Both the position numbers and the translations under genes were made by a program. A DNA stretch of 64,000 nucleotides, taken from Zygnema circumcarinatum SAG 698-1b (lineage: Eukaryota > Plantae > Zygnematophyceae). Within the stretch, counting starts at the first letter, position 1. Every line of letters begins with the position of its first letter. A model generated the notes under the pieces. The model was not told the DNA's origin, made no database searches, and saw only the letters and a list, made by a program, of their open reading frames with translations. This document shows, one piece after another, positions 23,072 to 37,311 of the stretch. The stretch lies in the NCBI GenBank assembly GCA_037447605.1, contig CM074822.1, positions 829,492 through 893,491 of the forward strand, given 5' to 3'.

Positions 23072-26000
23072 TCAACTAAGACTGCTTCGCAAGCGCTTTT
23101 GCTTTTTGTGTGAACGGCTGCTTTCTTCAACCATACTTTTCAGTTTCTCAGCCACATCCTTCGCTGCATACAAGACTGTCTTTTTGATCTGCAAATCCCA
23201 CGCGTCACGTTGGAGTAGGGGATCAATGCTCGCAGGATTCTCATTCTTATGTGTGGTGAAGATATAGGGACAATTATCTATTGCCTTAAGAACTGTTGCT
23301 GTTATGCATTGAATGGGACTTACCTCAAGCTTATCTTCTTTGGCTCGGTGATTTTCTGGTAGCAGCCGAAACTCCTCTGTGAGACGCACGCACTGGCCTA
23401 CATTTTCCGGGGAAACGAAGTCCAATGCAACTTTAATGCATGACTGCAGAGATGGAAAACATATCACAAAGTCAACAGGAGTGGGTTAGCTCCGTGCAGT
23501 TGAGATTCAACAATGACTCTTATTTCCGGCAGATTGTCAAGTTTTACACACGTTCAAAGTCACAAGCTAAAATTCGACCGAAGACAACTCCATGTCTAGA
23601 TTCTCTACTACAACCAACCAACAAGCCACGAGTTCAAATTTCGACACTGGCTGAGAACTTTTAATATCTAGTGCCCTCGTTTATAAGTGCCTTGCTACAA
23701 GCCCGAACCAAGATAGAAAAAAGGACTAAGAAAGACCTTGGCTACTGTTTCTCAAAGGTAATCCCCTTCTTTTGCGTACAAGGTGGGATCTTGATGTAGA
23801 ATGAAAATTTTACCTTTAAGTTGCGTACTTGATGGGGGCAACCGGCGGGAATGAAGACTGCTTCCCCTATGTCCTGATGGAAAGTCCAAGGCTCCACACC
23901 TATGGATGCAAAAGAGCATTAAATATTTTATCCTTTTTCCCCCCGCATTCCCCCCCCCCCAAAACCCAAAAGAGATGCAAAACGGCAAATATCTACATAC
24001 ATTTCCCAACTAACTATTCAGGAAAGCAACGCTCTGAAACAGAAATGTCGCGTACCGTATTCCTTTTTCAACCTCTGCTTATGCTCTTCAGTCAAGTAAA
24101 AGGTCTGATCATGAATTGGATCGTCCACCTGCAGGCGATAGTTCCATAAGAAAACAGACAGATCAGCTCGCAAGCCTAAAACAGCTTGAAAAACACAACA
24201 CGAAATGAAAATGATGTCGAGTAGTAAGAAAATAAAAGGACACTACAACCAGTCCATGTCAGTTCAGATTACTTCACCACCCCAGAAAGACCAAAACGAA
24301 CAGCTTACTCTAGCACAAAAAAAGAGGAATAAAGGTAGCCTGACCATACAGCTGACACTGGTTCGCTGTGAAGGTGGGAAAACTCTAGATGATGATTTGA
24401 GAGATACTCTCGAACTTTTGGAACATCTTGACGTCGGAAAATGTCCCACAAAGCACCTCCTATTGCTTCAAAATCAACCCCTTCCACGTCGTCTTTGAAC
24501 ATCTTTGGACTGGGCTCTCCTCCTTCCTCTTCCCCTTCCTCTTCCTCATCCCCTTCTACCGCAGCTTCAGGATAACTTTTTGTTTTGGCTGACAACAACT
24601 TTCCATCGTTTTTCTCAGGTTCGATGTCCTCAGGCCCACTTGTATTTTCCTCTAGAGAAAATTTCTGATTCTCCTCACTAAAATTTTGTTCATCCTTCTC
24701 CACGGTCGGCGTTGGGTCTATATTCAAAATACCATGATCAGCCGAAACAGCGTTCACTTTTTGCGCGTCAATTGCAGGTTGGGTTGTAGGACCGTTTTCG
24801 ACGGGTTTCAGATTGTCACTTGGAAACACTTTTGAGGTCTCAGCAATCATCGGAATAGTATCTGGTTGAGCAACTTTCTCAGCTTCAGCAGTAGCCCCTT
24901 TCTGTTCCTCAATCTGCTGACGAAGTACATCAGCCTTGGCCTTCAACTTTGTTATATGTCGTCTTCGGATGCCTTTCACACTCTTCAACTGCCAGTTTCT
25001 GAGTTTCGTGTCATGTGAATGTGTCAGAACGTTGACCTGCAAAAGGAATGCTAATCACCCTCAGCATATGGGAAGGCATCGATATACTATAAGACAATCG
25101 AGGAAACTGGTAACAAGAAACCTAGCAAACGACTAGGGGAACTGAGGCCATCAACAATTGTTGGTTCTGACGGTCATGACAATGGAAGTTATGAGGTCAC
25201 ATTTTCAGGTTCAGCAGTTGAACAGACTATTGCTGACTCGTGGCTAGGCTATAGACGCGTCTAATAATGTGAGAGAACTTTAGGCTGATGCATTACAAAA
25301 CCTGCTCACCCTTCTAATCTGCAACATTAAAGCACTTTCCCAATCTATTCCGCACCCCATCTACAAAGTTGAAAGCACCATATTATGCAAGGGGAAGGGG
25401 GAGGGGGGAAGAGAAGGGAGAGGGGGAAGTGGGCTGAGGGGGAGAAGGTGGGGAGGAAACAGGGGCGAAGAGGGGAGATGGGGGAGAGAGGGCGGGGAGG
25501 GAGGGGGGAAGGGGGTGAGGGGGAGGGGGTGGGGAGGGGGGAGGGGGAGAAGGGGGAGGGTGGAGGGGGACGAAGTTGAGGGGGAGGGAAGAGGGGGGAG
25601 GGAGGGGGGGGGAGGCCCGGGGTAGGGGACAAAGGGGTAGGGGACAAAGGGCAGGGGGGAGGGGGTAGAGCGAGAGGTAAGGGGAGGGGCAGGGGACGGG
25701 GGAGGGAGTACTTGTTAGGTGCTGATGAAGCATGCCCAGCACGGCAAAAGTTAAGGGCAGTATAGATTATGGTGAGTACAAAACACACATCAAGGAAGGC
25801 CGTGGAAAGACGCTTCAGCAAAAATAAAAAGGAAGGATAAACTGACCGCATCTGACATGTCACAATGTAACTTTGTCACAGAGTCTCCCCAACCCAACTC
25901 TGGTCGACAACCGTAGGCAATATATGACTTGGGTCCAAGATCAGGCTTCATCACTCCCTCTGGCAACTTAGTCGCAAGGTTCAAAATACCCTTATCCGGA

Positions 26001-29000
26001 TGAGTATACTCATGAAACGGTAAAGAGCTGATGAATTCCGCACCATGGCGTGGAAGACGCTTGGTAAAAAAGGCGGCAGGTGGCCAATCTTTTAGCTTAA
26101 GCATCTCCGGCCAACCACGGATTGGCTTATTATGCATTCGGCCGGATTTGTAACCAGTGAAGAACTGATGAATATTGATTTCAACCTGTCAAAGACCATA
26201 TCCAAACAACATCTTCAACCATGGTCACATTGTGACGACACAGAGAGAAGAGAGTTAGGGACCAATGTGCTTGACATAATCTCTCCTTCTCTAACTTTTC
26301 TTCTTCTTTAGCTTTCACCATCCCGAATATCCAAGGACAGTACCAAGACGTAAGGTTCAATTTTCTACCGGCCTACAGTGCAAGTTTGAGCTTTACTACA
26401 AGTAGCATGAAGCAGAAGGACAGCAATGGCTAATGGAATGCATATCATACAGCAAAAACAGTCTATAGTGGAACATACCTCACACCAATCCAAACAGTCA
26501 ATAGCTCGAACTTCTTTTGTCTCGGTCAGATTCTTCGCATAACTGCCAAATTCTCGAAAGGCACGCCACATAACATCAGGCTCCCAGCTCAAGCCATCCT
26601 TTTCCTTCAGCACATCACGCACAATGACCGGTTCCCCAATTTCCCAATGTTTCTGAAAGTGCTTTAGAGCATCGTTGTAGTTATCCGCTTCAAGGGATGC
26701 TGCAGTTGGACAGAAAAGAAAATTGTCATTGTGTTCTCCTGTTTTAACTCCGCGATTCGCAGCCTTCCGCAAGTCGTACTTGTTCTGCAATTCAATTATG
26801 TTGCAGGTGCTCAACTGTTCTTCGAAACACGCTCGCTCATTCATGGCAGAAAGATCGACTTCAGATGTCACAGAATGACTATTTTCACCCATCACTACAT
26901 CGGAATCCATTATGTCTGCAGATGTCTGAGGTTCAGAACCTCCTACTTCTCCAATATCTCGAGCCATCAAGTTCGACCAATTGGAATCACTTCGGAGTTC
27001 ACGTTCATGGGCACCACAAATGTCACAGTTTGCCACACTTCCTACAGTCTCAGAATTCTCAATGGTAGATTCTTGGGATGAGGGGGCAGTCTTCCCGAGA
27101 AGAACTTCAATCTCCGTAAGAAGCCCTTTAAGAAAACCGTCTTGAAAAAGTGTATGCAATTCAAGGTTCGCTTTACCACAACCACCCCTCTCTACTGGTG
27201 GACAAGGTATGGTCCCATCATTGTTGAGTATCCATGAAGGAAGGACGAGCCTTTCCGCAAAATCTGCTGATGTGGATAGAACGAGGGATTCAGGTGCTTT
27301 CCCAGATCTCTCAGCTGCTTTGCTCCTTGTGCCACTCTCTTCTTTAAGACCCTTTGCTTCACCCTCTGTCAAATTCTGCATTCGCTGCCCTGACTTTTCA
27401 TGAGCTGTAAATGCTTCTTTTCCTCCCGGCTGCTCGCCATTGCGAAGTTCACGGCAACAGTACAGACACAGGTCGTAACGACAAAGAGAACAACTTCGAT
27501 GGAAATCCACCAGAGAAGTTCTGCAATTGTTGCTGCAAACCCACAGCAAGAAGGAATATTTCAATAATCGCCACATAGACGAGGCCCATATTGCTACGGT
27601 TCATCCTGTGAAGAGCTACTTTGGCACTTGCACAAGATTCGAATGTCTTCTGAGGTTCCCATCTCGATATTTCGCTTTAAATAACACTATGCAAAAGCTT
27701 AACAACACGTTCAGCCATAAGTGGTATAGATATTGGTCACAGTCACAAGCTTCAGCAATTGTCGAAAAAAGTACAATTGCATGAGTGAGAAGAAAAGTTT
27801 GGCCAAACTATATTATAGCTGTAGCATCCAGTTCTCTCAAAAAAGAAAGAAATGCTTTTACCAATATGTACGTTCGTCCACTTGTTGGGGTGCTCGCTTA
27901 ACAACAGGTTCTGCCAACATCAACGAAGTTGGATCTGTCAACTTATGCAATTTGGGTATTGAAGGTATGGCAGGTATGAAGCAAACACTGCAAACCCTGA
28001 TAGAAGCAGAGTAATATGAAGCCCAAGCAGTGACAAGCAAGTGAAGGCGACGCACTCGGCCTCCACTACAGTTATTGGATAAAGATGACTCTACTGCTCC
28101 AAAATGCCAAGATTATCACCGACATAATAAACATGGAAAAACAGGTCAAAAAATGGAGCTACCTTTTTGGCCAGTGATTGCAGCCTCATGGCCAAGTTCC
28201 TCCTGTTGCTCATGATCAAGGCGACTCAAGAACGGTTGGAGATGAGCGAGCATACTTCGCATATGACATGCAACAGCGCTTTGAGGCAAACCCTCTGCTT
28301 TCTGGCAAAAAAAGCGAAAGGATTCGAGCTCGTCAGGTACGGTTCATTGTCAAATCCACGGAAACCAGTTCAAGCGTAAAGTCCTAGCGTGAAGAAAAAG
28401 GATACAATCTGGAAAAGGAGGTTTCCAGACTAGGGTTTGCTACAGAACACCTAAGCCCTTACATTTATAAAGCTTGGGCACAGCGTGACGAGGAGTGAAG
28501 ATTCAAGGGATTTCTAATGCACTGTAGTGGAGCAGCAGGCTACGGATACACTCTTTGTCAAGATAAGGAACACCTATCGAGAGAATTAATAGGACACAGG
28601 TCCGCAGAAGAAATCGAGAAACAGACATTGCTTCTGCTGTTGAAAACAAAGAAGAAACAATGAAGCTCACTCACATAAGGAATGTCAACAGGCCTGCGAA
28701 GGCATGCTTTACAATTACAGTTGTTCCTGCAGTAAAAACACTTTTCTGAAACCTCATTTTCCGTGTACTGGGGATACCTGCACAGCAATTTTTTTTGCGG
28801 GTAGTGAATTATTTGAGCTGATGTACCACTTAATGGTGATGCGAAAGTTCATATAGAAAATGATGAGCAGACTCAGAATCTGATGAGAATATGCTGGGTT
28901 TCTGCTGAACAACGGCACACCAAAAAGTCTTCACAAGGCATGCTGAAAGGAAAGATGGAAGTTAGAACCATCGAGGAGAACAGGAAAAGAGGCATACCAG

Positions 29001-30048
29001 ATGCTTATGCAAGGTCTACAATATGTCTTCCTGCAGTCATTTATGCAAGTAATTGCTCCCTCCAGCTTATCACTGCGCTGGCACTGGTGGCACATGGGAT
29101 GGCGCCAGTTCTTTGCAATCTGTCAAGGTGAGCATACAATTTCCCAGCATGTTAAGGAAGCAAATAAACCTCCTAATATTCCATTAGCCGTAGACCTTCC
29201 AAACCCTCTGGATAACTGATTGACTTGAGAATAGCGACCTTCAAGGACAGTCCAGGAAAAGAACAGGAGGGCACAATCACTCGGTCGTATATCAACTACG
29301 GATATAAATCAGCGCGCATCCCTTGGATTAAAGCTGCATGACTAACATCTTCGAAAAAATAATTTATAAGGAAGCTCACCCGCTTGCGACCACTTCCTTC
29401 CACATAGTCAAGTGACAAAACTCCGTCTATTGTAGTACTATCACCATCCCGATGTCGCTTCCTGGTTTCCATTTTCTCAGACAAAGGCGAAAAGTCTCCA
29501 TCATCATCTTTTCCGGACTTTTCACCCGTCACACTTTCAGCCCTTCGTACTGTTCGTGCAGTTACTTTTCCACTATGTCTGCCATTCATGGCCTCGCTCC
29601 CATCTTCCGATTTTCTCCCTCGAACATCAACGCTTTCATTTTCGCGGACCCTTGAGCCGTTGACGGATTCCGCGGCTTTTACCCCTCGTCTCTTCTGCAG
29701 TAGTGCACTGCCATTGCTAAGCAGGCCCTCCTTATAACTTGGAGGAGCCTTTCTTACTGCGTTTATCTTCTTCTTCAAATGCCTACTGCAGTGCTTTTCT
29801 CCGTCCACTACACGAAACCTACAACGCCAACGTCTTCCATCAGACCTTTTGCATCTAACCTCGTCCGGTACCTCCCCATCATCCATCTCTTCCTCGATTT
29901 CTTTCACCCAACTAACTGAATCTGCTCCCGTTCTTTCTCTCCCACGCACACTAAGATGCACCCGTCTGCTGTCAGCCTGTTCTCCGCCCCATTCTTCTGC
30001 CCCGTTCTCCGCGACTTCCTGCGTCGTTTCCGTCTCCTCGTCCTTCAT
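23072..30048 (-). CDS. JmjC histone demethylase, KDM3/JHDM2 (JMJ24-29-like) family, with WRC and RING-like zinc-finger domains
   Basis: WRC motif [14 protein letters not shown]; zinc finger [33 protein letters not shown]; [12 protein letters not shown]; [11 protein letters not shown]; [14 protein letters not shown]; [15 protein letters not shown]; [32 protein letters not shown]. The start codon is approximate. Confidence 0.95.
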
Positions 30049-30074
30049 CCTCCGCCAGCCTTCCGCCTCCGCAC

Positions 30075-30420
30075 GTCTCCCTTCTCCTCTCCCTTCCACC
30101 CCTTCTCCTCTCTCTCTTCTCCTCTCCCTTCCACCCCTTCTCCTCTCTCTCTTGTCCTCTCCCTTCCACGCCTTCTCCTCTCTCTCTTCTCCTCTCCCTT
30201 CCACGCCTTCTCCTCTCTCTCTTCTCCTCTCCCTTCCACCCCTCTCTCTCTTCTCCTCTCCCTTCCACGCCTTCTCCACTCTCTCTTCCCCTCTCCCTTC
30301 CACGCCTTCTCCTCTTTCTCTTCTCCTCTCCCTTCCACCCCTTCTCCTCTCTCTCTTCTCCTCTCCCTTCCACCCTCTTCTCCTGTCCCTTCCACCCCTT
30401 CTCTTTCCACTTCTCCTCTT
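30075..30420. repeat. CT-rich minisatellite (~35-bp unit) just 5' of the proposed JmjC start
   Basis: Repeats of ccttctcctctctctcttctcctctcccttccac. Confidence 0.75.
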
Positions 30421-31075
30421 TCTTCCCCCCCTTCTCCTCTCTCTCTCGTTTCCTCTCTTCCCCCCCAGTCCTCTTCCCCGGCACTCTTCCTCCTGCTTAA
30501 GAAGCACTGCTTGCAAAGCAGAGAGAGAGAGTGGAGAGAGAGAGAACCACCACCAAGCTCCCAAAATGGAGCGGTCGGCGTCCCTTTTTCCGGCTTTCCC
30601 AACACATCCTACTTCCAAACCTCGAATATGTCGGTACCGTCCCGAACGCGTCCTCCAAAGGCCGAATTCGTCCTCTGTAAGCGCCTACCTTCATCCCCAC
30701 TATCATACCGTTCTCCATGACGCTGCGTCGGACAGGCAGTTGGACACCGTTGAAGCCCGCGTCCGTCGGTATGCAGAAAGAGTACTTAAACGTCCTCTGC
30801 GTCCTCTGTGGTAAATACCTAGTCCGCTATAGAGATACCTGACACGAAGAACGTCCACGCTGGCGAGTGCTTTTGCACACCACTGCGAACTCTAAGGTAT
30901 CCTCCAATAATTATTCGCCACGTGTAAGCATTTTTACACGTGTCGTGTTTCTATTGGTCAATGACCGAATCTCGTGCTTACGTGGGCACCAGCAGGGCAG
31001 GGAGCGCGAGGTTGTCGGCTGACGCCCTTCAGCTTCTGAACGATTGGCTTACATAGTAAGATCACGAATATGTTA

Positions 31076-31401
31076 GGAATTTACTCTTTACACGCCTTTT
31101 TTGGCTAGATAGGGAAACTTTCATTGAACTCGCGATGGCGAGGCCATCATCATCATTTTTGGCTAGATATGCACCTTTTAGACAAGGGAATTACTATTTA
31201 CACATATTTTTTTTTGTCTAGATACACACTCTTTTTAGGAAAAAAATCCCTGTACCCTTAAAACCCTAAAATAAAATCTGACCGGCGAATAAAGGTGTGT
31301 ATAAATTCACAAAAGGTGTCATCTATCCATAAGAGAGATGTATCTTACCATAAACAAAAAAGTGTGTATATATCCAAAAAGGTGTGAAAATAGCATTTTC
31401 C
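31076..31401. mobile_element. Foldback/MITE-like element of the GGAAAATG family between the divergent JmjC and GT61 genes
   Basis: Left-arm modules ttttggctagata/acac-ccttttt are mirrored by right-arm aaaaggtgt...tatcca. 31373-31401 matches 55875-55903 at 28 of 29 nt. Confidence 0.6.
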
Positions 31402-31887
31402 TCATTTCTACTTATAATTGGATCTGATTGCAACTGGGCCAAACATGGAGGTGACGGCGCCAACCAGGAAATGGGTACCAGCGACTACAGCCAATCAAAT
31501 GACGCCACGCGAAAACGTTGTACACGTGGAAAGTCCCAATTGGGTCTGTTCGAGTCCAGCTGGCAATAGAGGAAGGCGGCCACCAACAAAGAGGCGTCCC
31601 CTTCATCACCACTGCAGTCCCTGTCTCTTGGCAGACGCCATGGCGGCCATGGCGGCTCAGCCTCCTCCTCCGCCGCGTCTCCGTAGCGGGGAGCTTCTCA
31701 CCAGCATGCGAGTGCAGAGAAAGCATCACATTGCGGAGGCAGGGAATGGGATCAACCAAGCGCTTTGCTTTCAGCATGAATAGAGAGAAAATGAGTGGGA
31801 GCCTTTGCAGCAGGAAATTAGGGTTAAGAGATAGGCGGGCAGACAGAGCTTTGAGATGCTGAGAACAGGAGCGAAGATCCCGGCCTG

Positions 31888-34800
31888 ATGCAGTCCCCTC
31901 TCAAGGTTTCAGGGGTTCATAGGGTCTCCTCTCTAGGGCGGCTGAGCCCTGGGAGGGGACGGCAGCAGCCGAGTCCTGGTAAGGGATCGCTCAGGCCTGC
32001 AAATGTGAGGAAGCAGCTGCTCCGTCTGCTGCTCGCGTACGGCCTCATCTCCCTCATAGCCATCCCCTCGCTCACTTGGCATTTCGAATCGGCATCCAAA
32101 ACAGTGTTATGGAGGCCATCAAAGTGCGTCGCTAGACCCTTCTCTTTCTGCATTCAAGAAAACGGGCATTCATTGGGGTTACCCGGTGCAGAATGTTGGT
32201 CAGTAGCAGCAGAGGCAGAGGATCGATCGATCGATCCGTTCCTCCCCCCCTTCCTCTCCTCCACTCGCTCGCTCTCTCTGAGCTGGATGGTGTATGCATT
32301 CATAGCTCATGGATTTCAGAGAGTGTCTGCTGCTTCTGTTGTTAGTTGTTGCTTCCACATTATTCAGCATCAAGTTGGGACTCTCGATTTATGGCCCGAC
32401 CGTCTCCGTGTATTTGTAACATCATGAGTTATTGGTCTTGATATTTGACATTTAGGAAAATCGTTGGTCATCTTCACGTCTCCATTTCTATAAAACAACA
32501 ATGTAAGATAATGAATCGACATGTTATCGTCTATTTCAAGATGATCGTCTACATAATGTGGACGACATCATGATCATGATGATCACATGATGCATCACAT
32601 CACCATCATCATACGATCGTCTAAATCTGGTCCACATGAGAGGGCTCTGCTTATCATAATTTTTACTTGTGTATTAATTGGTTCTCTTTTTAGAGGAAAG
32701 TTGACTTTGAAAGATTTTTCCTTAGTAGGAGATTGAAAGGTCTGCTCTCCTTCGTTCTTGCCCTAATTGCAATGTTTAAATAGGAACTCTACCGGAGCAA
32801 GGTCCTCAGTTGATTAAGGACACTTATGAAAGTCCCTTACCCCTTTTTTCTTCCTTAGTCTGTTGTTCTTTTGTCATCTGACAATTCAGTTCTTCAATTG
32901 GGTTCAACTTGAATGCCACCGAGGCTTCATTAAATTGGATAATGCGGCTGTTTTATTCAGGATCAAACGCCAGTATAGTTACTACGAATGCAGCATGCTC
33001 TGCTCATGTCTAAAAACACAGTGCATGGATGTCCTTCATGGTTTGGTGGGGCCCGGCAGTGTTCTGTATCTCCTTCCATTTTACCATGTCCTGGCTGTGG
33101 CATTTTGGCTTTCAAGGTTTCACTTTATCCTATCATATGCTACCCTATCCCTATCACGTGCTTCCTGGATGTAGCTGGTATTTGCATTAGCTAATTAGCA
33201 GGTGGGGTTTTTGTGGAGCAGCATTTTTGTACTGGGGATGAACTATATGTGGAGGATGAGTCCTTTGACCAAGGAGCCAGGAGCTCATGTGGCTCAGCAG
33301 CCGGACGACTTTGCATGCTTGATGGTGCTGCAAGACGTCTGCTATTCCTTCAATCCGAGGGCTTCGGGGCCGTCATTATCCCGTTCGAGAGGTGTTTGGT
33401 TTGCCCGGGACGGATATCGGAATTTGTCCAAAATTGATTTTTCGCAGGACGTCTGCACACTTCACAAGGTGCAGTACTTGTTGAAATAGAACGAGTGAAA
33501 TGCATGCTTTTTGAATGAACTAGCGTTTCAAGTCGTCGATGGGCATGATACGTGATTAGCAAACTTGTTTAGGGATGAAAGGAGGATTCAAATAGAACCA
33601 TGTTAGCGACCTGAGGTCTTCAACTGCTATTGAACCGCTTTGCTATGCGACGCAGACTGAATTTCCCACGTCTTTAAAGAAAAGTCTGTACATGGGAGAA
33701 GATCCGCATGACTTGTCCGTCATCCAACAGCGCGTTGGAGACTTTGTACACCTTGATTATATGCAGACCTACTGGAAGGGATGGCAAGTTGTCATGGATA
33801 GATATAGTTTTTGGAACCAATACTTTCCCTTCTGGCATAAACCGATGGACCTTCCTCCGAGTAGTGAAATGATTCCGGTAGCTCTCATCTCTTCTAGAGA
33901 TTCGCATTTGGGGCACTTTGTAGAATTAGTTGGTGGGCTGGCAGAAGTGGGAAAACACCTTTTCTCGGGCAATGATGAAGAAGATCCTTTCCTTCAGCCG
34001 GTCCCATCAAATGTCTCTCTATTCTTTCCTATGAGGTAAGAGAGAGCAACCTCTCTTTCGATTTTCCTGGTCTTGGCTCATGCCTAAAGAGATTCTATGT
34101 TGCTGTTTCATTGAAATCTTAATGAAAATGAAGCTTTTATGCCAAGCATAGTTGTCGTTTGATGGGTGAAACTCATGGTGGTTTTGCTTGCAGCACTCAT
34201 GTGGGAACTTGGACTTTGGGTATGACACATATTCTTTTAGGATCCAAAGCTTCCGTGTATCCGCGGAAGAATACTTCTCATACTGTGTGCTTCCAGAATG
34301 CTCTCTTTCCCCTCAACATCCCTCACACTGACGATTCAGCAGACCGAGTGCGTCAACGTGCGTATGACGCAGTGGGACTACCTTACGTTTCCCCTGAAGC
34401 TCTGAAAAGACAAGAGTCTCTCAATGGAAGAAGAAACAGGGGGAGCAATAGAGCGAAACAGACTAGGAAAACTGTGGGTGTAATAGATTCAGTGAGGGGA
34501 ATGAGGGAAGCGGAAGCAAATGGAAAGATGGAAGTGGAAGTGAATGAAGTTATTACAAATAGAGAGGGTAGAGGGGAGCTTCTTGGGAAGGATCATAGCA
34601 GGGCTTTGCTGCATTTAGAGACGGAGGCGCATGAAGAGACGGAAAATATTTTCCATGATGGTTTGCTCCATGAGTTTCATAGAGAGGGAGGTTTGAGGAT
34701 GCTGCAAGGTTTGCCAGCAGGTACACCATAGCGTTACTTCTCCCACATACTCGCATACCCGTGTTTCATAGGAGCAGTTCCTGAACTTCGCGATTGTTCT

Positions 34801-36299
34801 GTAAAGTTGTAGACATAGAGAGCCATCCATGCATGATTAACTTAGGAAGCCATTGTTGATAGCTGCAGCAATCGTTTCGGTGTCAGCCATAATTGCAGTA
34901 GCTCACTCTAATTCTTTCAGCTTTGTATAGACATGAACCAGTACTCAGTTGTATCCCTCCCATGTTTTTCTGTCTATTGGGTCTTAAAAAGTAAGGTAAC
35001 CTTAGTCAACTATGAGTTGGGTTACTTCACTGGAAAAAGGAGAGGCAGTGCTCATAGCCTCCTTAGGGTCTCGGATTGCAGGTCAGCGACCAGGAAAGGA
35101 CAGACCATTGGCAGCTGGTAATGCACGTCATCGAGTCAATTATCAAATAACATTAGTGCAGCGTCTCCATTCGCGCACTATTGCCAACTTGGAGGAGGTT
35201 CAAATATTACTGCGAAAAGTCTTTCCGAAGCTCCCTGTCGAAGTAGTTGTACTCGAGGTACGATAGTTTCTTAGGCAGCGATAACATTGTTCTATGACCA
35301 TTTTGTGTCTCCCTTTGTTGCATCGTCGATTTTAGTATTGCCCATCACCTTACATATTTCGTTATTTGAATATCATCTTGAACTTTTGATCAGCACTCCC
35401 GGTGTTGCTAGTTTTGAAGAAATCATCTGATGATGAACATTTGTTGTTGGAAGTATAGGACCTCCCTTGAGCATGTCTGCATTGCAAAAGCAGGCAGAGG
35501 GGGTCTCAGACAGAGGGGTGGAATTTCAGAAGCTGTCTTTGGAGGAGCAAATTCAAGTCCTGCATCGGACAGTTCTGTATGTATCGATGCATGGAGCCGC
35601 CATGAGCAACACCATTCTCCTGCAGCGGGGGGTGACAGTTGTGGAGATTTTTCCATACAAGTTCTTCTATGGAGTTTACCGACGGTAGCACATATTACTC
35701 ATTCCTTCAGAAGATGCTTGCTTCGTTTGCCATACTATTACGACACGCATATCCTCTGCAGTCCTTGCCAAGAGGACATTTCATTTTCTTTTTGTTTCGG
35801 ATGCTTGTCTTTGGCGTGCGGAAAGGGCTTACTAATACTTAAACGACTTACTCCTTTTCCGGATTGTAAGAATTGTTTTGGAAATAATCTAAAATAGTAA
35901 AAGGGAACTTGTCCAAAAAGGTAACCAATCAATCTCTCTCTTTCTCTCTCTCCGTCTTGCTCTCTCTCTCACACACTCTCTCTCTCTCTCTCTCTCTGTG
36001 ACAGGATATGTCAACGATATGGGATCAACTATTTCTTGTGGCATAACCAGCTTTCCAACCACTCCTCCTATACCGACAATTGCCTCGTGGCGGGAGGATT
36101 TGTTGACTGGCCTGAACATAAGTGCCATACGACTCCCACGTGCAGGTGGTGTGTGCGAGATCGGTGCATCACAACCGTCCATCTCGAGGAGTTTCAAAAG
36201 GTGTTGGAACCTGCAGTACGGCAAGTTTCAAAGTGGCTGGATTCGCATGGATCATTCTACTATGCTCCGACCACACTGAAGCTCATAGGCGTTACTTGA
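31888..36299 (+). CDS. Glycosyltransferase family 61 (DUF563-type), type II membrane protein
   Basis: N-terminal TM LLRLLLAYGLISLIAIPSL; ITLVQRLHSRTIANLEEV; LSLEEQIQVLHRTVLYVSMHGAAMSNTILLQRGVTVVEIFPY (GT61 HGA motif); last exon ending ..KLIGVT*. Early internal exons were not fully resolved. Confidence 0.85.
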
Positions 36300-37157
36300 C
36301 TGGGGAAAGAAAATAATGAGAGAGGATATTGTTTTGGCTCCTCCAGGCTGCCACGTGGAGTGCGATTAGGTTAGCTTCGCGAAGACTCCCTTGTGCGTCA
36401 TGCTGCATCATCTCTTACTCTCACCCTTGGCTTCGTTCTCTTCCTCTCCCTCTCCTTCCCACTCCTCCCTCCCCCTCCTCCNNNNNNNNNNCCCCTCTCC
36501 CCTCTCTCTCCCCTCCCCCCTCCCTTTTTCCGCCCGCCCCCTAATTCTGACTGTGTACAGTTTTCTTTTCCGCAGGTAGACAATAAAATTCAATTCGTGG
36601 GGTGGCATTCGAATCACGTTGTTAGCTGCGCATTCGTGATAAGTAGTTGTGATATTTGGCTCTATAGGCTGCAAATTCTGAAGGAGGAGGGTACCCTTTG
36701 ATCAAGTCAAGGCACACGAGCTGTTGGGAAAGCCATTGGTCCCGCGGTGAGTTCCGCGGGGCCATTGTGGATTGAAACAGTCACTCTTTTCATTTTGACA
36801 TGTTTTTTTTTCTTTTTGTAAAGAATGAATATTGAATTTTTCTATAATTCTTTTTTTTTTTCAACCTGCCATATCTTGTATGCATTGGTTTGGGAGGTGT
36901 CTTTCTCACCATTGGACATTGGGTGGGTAACACTTTCACGCATTACCCAGTCAAAGCTTAAGTGTTACCCACCCAATCTCTGTGGCAACCTGGGATTGAC
37001 AGTGCGTTTGAAGTTGCCCTCTCAGTGGAAACCGATGCGTTGTCAGGAATTACGTTGTTTTATAAATTCAAATTATACTCATAGGGGGGTTCAGGATTCT
37101 GCGAGTTCCATGGGAAACTGGTTTCGAAATTGAAAGTGTGAATCTTTCATAATATCA

Positions 37158-37311
37158 GCAACCATCGAATTCGAACCATTGGATTCAATGGTGGGCTGTG
37201 TGAGCCAACCATTGTTTGCTTCCTTCACGACTGTTGCCAGCCATTGAATCCAATGGTTGCCAATCATTGCATATAGTTGTTGCCAATCACTGCCAATGGT
37301 TGACCCAATGG
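37158..37311. repeat. Dispersed copy of the CCAWTGG palindromic satellite
   Basis: aaccattggattcaatgg..gttgccagccattgaatccaatggttgccaatcattgc..ccaatggttgacccaatgg. Confidence 0.75.
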
